DNA from: Elusimicrobia bacterium GWC2_64_44 | GTDB lineage: Bacteria; Elusimicrobiota; Elusimicrobia; Elusimicrobiales; UBA9959 | Length of the DNA stretch: 64,000 nt | Direction of reading: 5' to 3' | NCBI GenBank assembly: GCA_001799845.1 | Contig: MGUG01000035.1 | Span: 717-64,716 of the forward strand | Shown: positions 17,291-24,700 of the stretch, one piece after another | Position numbering within the stretch: position 1 is the first letter of the stretch | Layout: the number at the start of each line of letters is the position of its first letter | Translations under genes and position numbers: made by a program | The notes under the pieces: model-generated | Told to the model about the DNA's origin: nothing | The model's input: the letters and a program-made list of their open reading frames with translations, nothing else | Databases searched by the model: none

Positions 17291-19243
17291 CTATCTCCCT
17301 ACGCTGGCCTTGAAACCGGCCAGCCATTCGGTGGCGGCGGGGTCACCGGACAGCGCGGCGTACTTCTCGTAGGCGGCCACGGCCTCGTCCACCCGCTGCA
17401 GCCCGTAATAGGCCGCGCCCAGGTACTGCCAGGTAGTCGCGTCGCCGGGGTTCGCGGACGAGGCGTATTCCAGGTACTGCAGGCTTTCCTGCACCTGACC
17501 CTGGTTGTACATATTGATGCCGGCGTCGGCGTACTGCTTCGCCTGCGCGGCCTGCTCCGGAGAGGGGCCGGCGGGGGCCTCTTCCTTCGGAGCGGCGCCT
17601 CCTGAAAGCTTCTCGTACTTCCTGCGGCGCTCGTCGCCCGAGGACATCTCGGCCCCGTCGATCAGGTAGATCTCCTGCGAGGAGCCGCCGCGCGAGGCGA
17701 TCTTGCCCTCCGCCTCCAGCGCCTTGATAGCGTCGAGGATCTTCATCTGCGCCTCGTCCTGCTGGGCCTGCGTGACGTTGCCGGAGTACTCCATGATCTC
17801 CTTGATGGCGTTCACCGCGCCCGAAGACATGTTGGCGAAGAACTTCTCCGAGATGGCCGGGTCGGCCTTGGCCACGGCGCGCGCGATATCCTCGTTGTTG
17901 AGGGCGCGGATAATGGTCTGGATGTCGCGGTCGGCGAACTCTATGATATCCTCGAACATCAGCACGATGCGCTTGACCTTGGCGTAGATGTCGGGCTTCT
18001 GCGTCTTGAGGTACTCTATGATGTTCTTGCGCGTGGCCGGGTCCGAGTCCTCGAGCATCTTCGACAGGCGCTCGATGCCGCCCATCACGAAATCGACGTT
18101 CTCCTTTATATCCCTGTCTATGGCGTCTATCTGCTCGCGCGTGGCCTGGCGCACCGTCAGCGCCTCCAGCGCCACGCGGCTCTGCATCTCCACGGGCAGC
18201 ATGGACAGCGCCTGGCGGGAAAGGTCCGGCTTCATATAGCTCAGCACTACGGCTATCACCCACGGGTCCTCTTTGCGCAGCAGGAACAGGTAGATGAGCC
18301 GCTTGAGGTTTTCCTCGTTCAGGTAAGTGAACGGTTCAAATTTCTTCATACTCTCGTCCTCTTCTTCCTTCTTCTCGTCCTCTTTCTGGAGGAAGTTCAT
18401 GTCTATGCTCTGGTGGCCCTCGGTCTCCTCCTTGCCCTCCTCATCGCCGCCGCCGCCTCCGCCCTCTTCCCGCTTGTCCTCTATGTTGACCTCGGCGCCG
18501 GGCTTGGCCATCAGGGCTTTGATGTACTTGCGGAAGAAGCCCCACAGCGGGCCGAACAGGAACAGCAGCAGCAGCAGGAACAGCAGCGCGTAAAGCAGGG
18601 GCAGGTAGACCGACGGCTTCTTGAGGTCGTCCAGGGGGTTAGCCGCCTTGAACTTGGTCGGTTTGAACAGCACGGTGGGCGCGTCCTTCTTGCGTATCTT
18701 GTAAGGCAGCAGGAAGTCGTCCACCCGCTCGCGGGCCAGTTTGACCGCGGCGGGCTGCAAAGTTTCGTCGTGGATGACGGTGAGCTGAAAGCGGGTGATC
18801 TCGGTCTCCACGCCGTAGCGGATCTCCTGCACGCCCTTGGCCTGCTGGGCCTGCTGGCCCGAGGCGGCTTCGGGGCGCTTGTTCTCCCCCCCCAGCACGG
18901 AGCGGGGCTTGGGAATGCCGGGCAGGATGAAATCGGTGTCGGGGCTGTCGGCGCCGGCGCCCTTCTCCTTGTACTTCTGCATGATGCCCAGGCCTTCCTT
19001 GGTCTGCTCGGCCTTCTTGGCTATCACTTCCAGTTCCACGTCGGCGAAGACGAAGGACCGGTCGGCCCCGAGGATGGGGTCGAGGATTTCCTTCTTGATC
19101 TTGGTCTCGGCCTCCCGGCGCAAACTATCCTGCTTCTCGAGCAGCGAAGTCTCCATCAACGGATTATCCGGGGCGTCCGCGGCATACATCCGCGCCGCCC
19201 CGAAGCCCGCAATGAGCGCCAGGACCGCAAAAAGCTTCCTCAT
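17291..19243 (-). CDS. membrane-anchored FliF(C-terminal ring/TM part)::FliG(middle+C domains)::TPR fusion protein
   Basis: Signal peptide MRKLFAVLALIAGFGAARMYA. FliF-like ring-building segments (ETKIKKEILDPILGADRSFVFADVELEV; EITRFQLTVIHDE). TM helix VYLPLLYALLFLLLLLFLFGPLW, then an acidic linker. FliG_M-like EDPWVIAVVLSYMKPDLSRQALSMLPVEMQSRVALEAL (EHPQ-box position). FliG_C-like RDIQTIIRALNNEDIARAVAKADPAISEKFFANMSSGAVNAIKEIMEYSGNVTQAQQDEAQMKILDAIKALEAEGKI. C-terminal TPR (AQAKQYADAGINMYNQGQVQESLQYLEYA...TWQYLGAAYYGLQRVDEAVAAYEKY). Confidence 0.75.
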   Translation of the reverse strand: MRKLFAVLALIAGFGAARMYAADAPDNPLMETSLLEKQDSLRREAETKIKKEILDPILGADRSFVFADVELEVIAKKAEQTKEGLGIMQKYKEKGAGADSPDTDFILPGIPKPRSVLGGENKRPEAASGQQAQQAKGVQEIRYGVETEITRFQLTVIHDETLQPAAVKLARERVDDFLLPYKIRKKDAPTVLFKPTKFKAANPLDDLKKPSVYLPLLYALLFLLLLLFLFGPLWGFFRKYIKALMAKPGAEVNIEDKREEGGGGGGDEEGKEETEGHQSIDMNFLQKEDEKKEEEDESMKKFEPFTYLNEENLKRLIYLFLLRKEDPWVIAVVLSYMKPDLSRQALSMLPVEMQSRVALEALTVRQATREQIDAIDRDIKENVDFVMGGIERLSKMLEDSDPATRKNIIEYLKTQKPDIYAKVKRIVLMFEDIIEFADRDIQTIIRALNNEDIARAVAKADPAISEKFFANMSSGAVNAIKEIMEYSGNVTQAQQDEAQMKILDAIKALEAEGKIASRGGSSQEIYLIDGAEMSSGDERRRKYEKLSGGAAPKEEAPAGPSPEQAAQAKQYADAGINMYNQGQVQESLQYLEYASSANPGDATTWQYLGAAYYGLQRVDEAVAAYEKYAALSGDPAATEWLAGFKASVGR

Positions 19244-19325
19244 ACAGTATTTATTTTATCTTTATCCTATTACAGAAAAGTTTCAGAATCGTTCATTCTT
19301 TACGGCTGGGGGCGCTCGTGGTTGG

Positions 19326-19612
19326 GCGGCATACCGCAGGGATAGGACCGCAAAACGCGTTCGCGCACACCGTGCGCTCACTCCGCATTCGGCCTCGGCG
19401 CTACGCAAGCCTCGGCCTCATGAGGGTTTTGCTTGTCCTACCCCTGCGGTCTCCGCCGGTTGCTCGCTTAGAATAGTACTGACACGGACGGAGGGGCGGT
19501 GAGGGTATGCCTTCGCAGGGGCCTCACGAGGCCCGAGCTTGCGTAGCGCGAGGGCCGAGCTGACAGAGCGAAGCCACGGTGTGGCCGAGCGTACCCGGAG
19601 AAGGCATACCCT
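19326..19612. repeat. two diverged, inverted copies of a hairpin-forming intergenic element of about 110-135 nt
   Basis: Unit 1 (19326-19458) closes through ggcggcataccgcaggg..aggac pairing with gtcct.cccctgcggtctccgcc. Unit 2 (19498-19612) closes through gagggtatgccttc (19501-19514) pairing with gaaggcataccctc (19597-19610). The unit cores are reverse complements of each other (cggcctcggcgctacgcaagcctcggcctcatgagg versus cctcacgaggcccgagcttgcgtagcgcgagggccg). Confidence 0.6.
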
Positions 19613-19633
19613 CGCCGGCCTGCCCCACCCCTC

Positions 19634-21250
19634 TTAGCGCACCTGCTTGAGGAAGTTGCGGACCATGGTGTTGTTGGGGTTGATCTCCACGACCTTCTCC
19701 CAGATGACCTTGGCCTTCTCCTTCTGGTCCATCAGGTAGAAAGAGCTGCCCATGATCTCGAGCGCGGTCTCGTTGTTGGGCTCGAGGTCCAGGATGTCCT
19801 GCGCGCGCTTCATGGCCAGGTCGTACTTGCCGTCATAGATGGCCTGGCGGGCGTCATAGGTGCGCTGGTCTATATAGGTAAAGATCTCGGGGCCCTCGGG
19901 CTTGCGGGTCAGCTCGCTCACGCCGGCCTCTTTCTCCACCATGTTCAGCAGCGACAGCAGGCGGTCGTTCTTCGGGTCCTTGTTGAAGGCGTGGCGCAGC
20001 ACGTTGACCGAGGCGCGCAGGTCCTTGCCGTCCACGTAGGAGATGATGCCGCGGCGGGTCAGGGTGGGCACCTCGTCGCCGCCGGTGGCGTCCGGCACGT
20101 AGTCGATGGCGCCCTGCAGGCGGGTCACCATGCGGCGGATCTCGGCGTTGCCGGGGTCGGCGTCCATCGCGGAGCGCAGTTTCTCCATCGCGCGGCCGAA
20201 GTAGCCGGACTTGAAGTACTGCAGCGCCTGGCGGATGATCTCGCGGACCTCGCGGTCGTGCTTGGCCTTGTTGCTCTGGCCCAGGCGCATCGTCACGGAG
20301 AAGCGGGTGGTGGTGCCGAGGGCGTGCACGCCCTGGGCGATGTCGAAGCCCAGGCTCTTGTACTTGATGCCGAGGCCGAAATCGGCCTCCTGGATCTCGG
20401 GGGAACCCATCACGCCGAAGCGCAGGGCGCTCCAGTACATCAGCCAGTACTCGCCGCCGAAGCGCCAGTTCATGTCGGCGCCCTGGGGCTTGACCAGGTC
20501 GAAGCCGAACAGCAGGCTGCCCTTGAACAGCGACAGCGCCTGGCCGAACTTCAGGGTCAGGGGCAGCTTGTCCTCGGTGTCGCCCGAGGCCATGGAGAAG
20601 ACGTTCTGGATGCCGATGGCGGCGCGGTAGGTCTTGGAGAACTTCTGCAGCATCGCGATGTCGATGGCGTTGAAGGAGTCGGCGGAGGTGTCCAGGGTGC
20701 GGGAGATGTTCTTGGCCATGATGCCGAAAGAAAGCTTATCGGAGACCTCGCGGCCCCAGGAGAAGGCCAGCGCGCGCTCCACGCTGTCGAAGGTGCCCAG
20801 GGTCTTGATGTCGATGATCTCGTCGCCGGCCGGGTTGGCGGTGATGGAGATCTTCTCAAAGCCCACCGACTTCAGCTGGGTCATGCTGACGGCCCAGGTG
20901 CCCTTGCTGGTAGTGGGGTGCGCGTAGGTGAAGAAGTTAAGGGTGGTGTCCGCGAACAGGGTGGCCTGCATCGCGGTGAACTCCTTGCGCTCGAGCATCG
21001 TCAGCGCGGCGGGGTTCCAGTAGGAGGCGGAGGCGTCGTCGGCCACCGCGAAGAAGGCGCCGCCCATGCCCAGGCCGCGGGCGCCGGCGCCGTAGCTCAT
21101 GAAGGCGCCGGGCTGGCCGCCGCTCTGCGCCAGGGCGTTAACGGCCGAAAAGGCAATAAAAAACCCCATGGCGAGGCTGAAGCGCATTATACGCTTCGTT
21201 TCAGCCCATATAGCCAAGGGGGCAAAGGCAATACAAAGATTGCTTTTCAT
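19634..21250 (-). CDS. FadL/PorV-like outer-membrane beta-barrel fused to a C-terminal TPR domain
   Basis: The likely true start is the ATG at 21187 (MRFSLAMGFFIAFSAVNALAQ signal peptide). The N-terminal barrel signature is AGARGLGMGGAFFAVADDASASYWNPAALTML, the FadL/TodX/PorV-type motif. Alternating beta-strand pattern runs to about aa 325. TPR-like repeats follow (YFKSGYFGRAMEKLRSAMDADPGN; YDGKYDLAMKRAQDILDLEPNN; KEKAKVIWEKVVEINPNN). Confidence 0.75.
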   Translation of the reverse strand: MKSNLCIAFAPLAIWAETKRIMRFSLAMGFFIAFSAVNALAQSGGQPGAFMSYGAGARGLGMGGAFFAVADDASASYWNPAALTMLERKEFTAMQATLFADTTLNFFTYAHPTTSKGTWAVSMTQLKSVGFEKISITANPAGDEIIDIKTLGTFDSVERALAFSWGREVSDKLSFGIMAKNISRTLDTSADSFNAIDIAMLQKFSKTYRAAIGIQNVFSMASGDTEDKLPLTLKFGQALSLFKGSLLFGFDLVKPQGADMNWRFGGEYWLMYWSALRFGVMGSPEIQEADFGLGIKYKSLGFDIAQGVHALGTTTRFSVTMRLGQSNKAKHDREVREIIRQALQYFKSGYFGRAMEKLRSAMDADPGNAEIRRMVTRLQGAIDYVPDATGGDEVPTLTRRGIISYVDGKDLRASVNVLRHAFNKDPKNDRLLSLLNMVEKEAGVSELTRKPEGPEIFTYIDQRTYDARQAIYDGKYDLAMKRAQDILDLEPNNETALEIMGSSFYLMDQKEKAKVIWEKVVEINPNNTMVRNFLKQVR

Positions 21251-21254
21251 CGTT

Positions 21255-21330
21255 TTCGGCAGCCTGACCCCCGCTTACTTAGCGGGTCTAAGCTTTGCGC
21301 CGCCAGCTTTCGCTGGCTTTGCTATTATCG
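21255..21330 (-). promoter_or_regulatory. candidate c-di-GMP-I (GEMM)-like riboswitch aptamer, copy A (5' leader of the PorV-like/motor operon)
   Basis: Minus-strand RNA: CGAUAAUAGCAAAGCCAGCGAAAGCUGGCGGCGCAAAGCUUAGACCCGCUAAGUAAGCGGGGGUCAGGCUGCCGAA. Hairpin 1 is GCCAGC-GAAA-GCUGGC (GNRA loop). Hairpin 2 is CCCGCU-AAGUA-AGCGGG. The flanks GCAAA, GCGCAAAGC and GCUGCCGAA match my memory of the GEMM consensus (GCAAA..GNRA..GACGCAAAGC..ACCGAA). It is 68/76 identical to copy B, with stem differences compensatory. Confidence 0.6.
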
Positions 21331-21375
21331 TAACAATACGGCATTACAACGCTGTTACAGATTTACGGCATTAAT

Positions 21376-21403
21376 ATTATAGCAGATAATATGGGTTTGT
21401 CAA
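21376..21403 (-). promoter_or_regulatory. sigma70-type promoter A (TTGACA-16 nt-TGcTATAAT)
   Basis: On the minus strand the -35 is TTGACA (21403..21398), the spacer is 16 nt, and the extended -10 is TGC-TATAAT (-10 at 21381..21376). The same architecture and spacing occur at 63342..63369. Confidence 0.7.
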
Positions 21404-21409
21404 GGGGGA

Positions 21410-21429
21410 GGTATTGACATGTCAATACC
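21410..21429. promoter_or_regulatory. perfect 20-bp palindrome upstream of promoter A (operator/activator-site candidate)
   Basis: ggtattgaca/tgtcaatacc is self-complementary. Its core TTGACA-TGTCAA sits just upstream of the -35. The counterpart ttgac-ag-gtcaa lies at 63381..63392, at the equivalent position of promoter B. Confidence 0.55.
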
Positions 21430-21525
21430 TATAGTATACCCCCTAAAACCCCCCTTTGTCCAGCCCCCCCCCGGCCCACTCTGACCAGGCCCTACCGCGC
21501 CCTGCACTCGCTTATGATGCGGCGA

Positions 21526-21708
21526 GATCATGCCCTTTGTAAGCGATTTTAGGGCGTAGGGCCAAGGTCCGTAGCGGACCGCCTATCATTAAGGCGGCGG
21601 CAGAGATTGTCTGAGGAGCGCACTGTGTGCGCGACGAGTTCTCCGCCGGCGGAGGACCGCAGGCCCTCTTCCCCCACGCCCGCTTATGAGCGAGCAAAGG
21701 GCATGATC
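21526..21708 (-). other. highly structured 3' region immediately after the giant-gene stop codon
   Basis: A 14-bp closing inverted repeat: gatcatgccctttg (21526-21539) pairs with caaagggcatgatc (21695-21708, 5 nt after the stop). Nested local hairpins include ctccgccggcggag, gcgcac-tgt-gtgcgc, ggtcc-gctac-ggacc and ccgcc..ggcgg. No U-tract was recognised. Confidence 0.5.
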
Positions 21709-21712
21709 GAGC

Positions 21713-24700
21713 CTAGTGAATTACGCCCACCTTGCGCATGATGACCTTGCTGCCCTTGGGGCTGGAGGCCTTCACGCGCACTATATAGCCGCCCTTGCCC
21801 ACCACGCCGCCCAGGCCGTTCTTGCCGTCCCAGAGCACGTGGTTCGGGCCCAGCTGACCGCCGGGGCCGCCGCTGGAGAACTTGAATTCGCGCACCACGT
21901 AGCCCAGCAGGTCGTAGATCGTCAGCGTCACCTCGGCGTTATCGTTGAGGGTATAGGTCAGGTCGACGCGGCCTTCCACGCCGCCCTTGCGCAGGTCCAC
22001 CGGGTTCGGGTAGCTGGAGACCTTGGAGAGCAGCTCCTCGCCTATGGTCGTGCCGGCCGGGGTGGAGACCGTGGACCATTCCGAATGCTCGCCGGCGAAG
22101 TTCCAGCTGCGCACGCGATAGGCGTAATACTGGCCCAGCGGCCGCGGGGTCTCGCCGGGCACGCCCGGGTCGCCCACGGTATAGATGTTGTTCAGCGCGC
22201 CGCCGGTCTTGAAGCCCGGGATGGCGGCGATGGTCTTCCAGACGGGGCTCGTGCCCTCGCGCTCCTGGATCTCGTAGGACATGATATTGGACTCCAGGTC
22301 CTGCGCCTGGTTCCACTTCAGCGCGTAGGCCTGGCCGGAGGCCACGCCCTTGGCCACCTGCGGCTCCGGCGCCCCGGGCGTGGTCGGGTAAGTGGTGTCT
22401 ATGCGGTAGATCAGCACCGGCACGCCGTTCTCGCTGGGGATGTACTGGCCCGAGGCCATCAGGCCGCGCACGGAGATGACGTAGGCGCGGTCGGACACCG
22501 TCTCGCCCCAATAGGTATGCGGGCCCTTGAACGAGCCCTGCACGCCGCGCTCCACGATCTTGAAGGTCTTGGCGTCGAGCTTGTTGACCAGCATGATCTC
22601 GTTGCCCACGTAGGCGATGCCCTCCGCGGCGAAACCCTCCGTGGAGTCCACCGTGAACGAGGAGGAGTTAACCTCGATGCGGCTGATCAGCTTGGTGAAG
22701 TGGCCGGGCGACAGCGCCACATTGGTCACCTTGCCGGTCAGCGCGGTGCCCACGGTCTGCCAGGAATTCTTGATGCCGGTCGGCTCGGCGTAGTTGCCGC
22801 CCAGCGAGACCTCGTAGGAGACTACAGGGCCGGAGGCCGGGTTCCAGAGGGCCGTCAGCTCGGTCGTCCTGGCGGACCAGGCCGAGGGCACGGCGCCCAG
22901 CTCGGAAACGGCCAGTTCGACGCGGGAGTTCCTCACGTTGTCGCCTATGAAGTAGAGCGGCTTGCCGGTGCCGTCGTCCACGATGCGGTCGGACACGTAG
23001 TCGAGGTTGGTCTCGAAGTCCAGCAGCCCGTCGCCGTCTATGTCGAAGGTGGGCAGGCCGGAGTTGTTCAGCGTGACGTTGAGGCACTTGCCCGAGCCGT
23101 AGAAGTCGAAGTTATCGGGCCGGCCGTCGCCGTTGATATCTATCAGCGGCTCGTCGGCCTTGCAGCCCGAGGCGGTGTAATTGTAGATCCAGCCCTTCCA
23201 GCCGGCGGGCACGGCGCCGTAGGAGACGCTGGCCGTGTTGGCGATGGGCAGGTTGCCCGCGCCCAGCACCACGTTGCCGCTGGAGTCGGTCATCGCGTAG
23301 GCGGGGTAGCCGTTGGACGCCAGCATGATGTTCTTGTACACCGGCGTCAGCGGGATGACGGCCGGGGCGATCAGGACCTGGTTGGAGGTCATCGGGTAGC
23401 TGTCGGAGAAATTCTGGCCGGCGGCCAGCGGCAGCCCGCCCAGGCCGCGCATGTCGTTGAAGGTGCCCAGCGACAGGCTGGCCAGGTGCCCCAGGGTGTC
23501 CGCGCCGGAGAGGTCGGTGGAGGAGCTGACGTCGGCGGAGAGGTGCAGCACCAGCCCGCCGGTGGACACTATGACGTAAGGCAGGTTGCCGTCCATGATG
23601 GTGACCGTGACCTGGCTCTCGAAGGGGTTAGTGGCGGAATTCACCGCGTAGCCCAGGCGGTAGTCCGAGATCGGGCTGAACGCGCCGTCGCCGTCGTCCT
23701 TCCACAGCGAGACCACGGCCAGGTCGCCGTCGCCGTAGCCCGCGGTGGCGCTGCTGATGGAGCCCCCCTGCGTGAAGTTGATCTGGCCTATCGCCACGAA
23801 GTCCGAGAGGGTCTCCAGGTTGAAGCTCAGCATCGGCACGTTGCGGGTGTTCTTCTCGGCCGACTTGGGCGAGACATTGGTCCCCGAGACGGCCAGCGTG
23901 ATGGCGCGGATGGGCACCAGGCTGGAACTGAACGGATAGATGTCGCTGTAGTTGCCCTTGGGCAGCGCCTTCGTGATCCCGATATAGACCGTCGGGGAGA
24001 TGTCGTGCGGCGCGTTGACCGTGAGCCAGGACTTGTCACGGATCATCAGGCCGACCTTGTTGGCCTTGATGGCCATTTCGCCGATGTCATAGACGGCGAA
24101 GAAAGTCTGCGCCAGCGGGCTCAGCGTCTGCGTCTGCGACAGCGAGACCGTGATCTGGGTGTTCAGCGCGTTGTCCTGGTCGAACAGGTCCACCTTGCGC
24201 ACCCTGGCCCCGGCGGGATGGTTGATCAGCGGCGTAATGAAGTCGCCCAGTTTCTCGCCTCTCGAAGTCACGTTCAGGTACGGCTTGCCGGAACCGTCGA
24301 TGCCGGAGCCGGAGTAAGTGATCAGTTCGGCGTCGCTGACATAGAGGCGGCCGGAGACCGGGAAGCCCTTGGTGGACTCCAGGACCAGCTGGAACGGCAC
24401 CGTATCCGTGGAGGTGAACGGCCTGTAGAGGGTGCTCCTGGCCTCGGAGATGTTGACGTCGTTCACGTCGAGCATGTCGTTCTGGTTCGAGTCCTGGTAG
24501 ATGGACACGAACTTGACGTCGGTGTTCTTGCCGAACGGCGCGTTCGGGTCGTTGGAGGCGCCGGTGCGCTGCACCTTTACGGCGCTCCAGCGGGCGTTGC
24601 CGGCCTCGGTGGTCAGGTTGAAGCGCACCATCGGCACGCCCACCTGCGCCTGGCCTACGCCGCCGCCCTGCACCAGGTCGGCGGCCATGTCGTTGGCGCC

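Noticed and set aside
12090-19243. Annotating this block simply as part of a flagellar gene cluster
   Set aside because: Not rejected outright, but not adopted. Only stator parts (FlbD/MotA/MotB) and an atypical FliF/FliG fusion are present. No export-apparatus, rod, hook, filament or C-ring (FliM/N) genes occur in 64 kb, and the neighbours are an outer-membrane barrel and a giant adhesin. The whole genome is needed to decide.
19244-19633. tRNA, tmRNA, SRP or 6S RNA in the long structured spacers (also 21331..21712 and 62738..63480)
   Set aside because: I found no cloverleaf with a T-loop GTTCRANYC-type motif, no SRP GGAA/AGCA domain-IV signature, and no other family hallmark I recognise. 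These are left as unclassified structured repeats.
21512-21697. 61-aa minus-strand ORF in the spacer after the giant gene, plus small ORFs at 62848..63111, 63094..63276, 63138..63545 and 63451..63936
   Set aside because: They lie inside regions better explained as structured RNA, leader or promoter sequence, or antisense to the methyltransferase gene. None has a recognisable motif or plausible translation signal.
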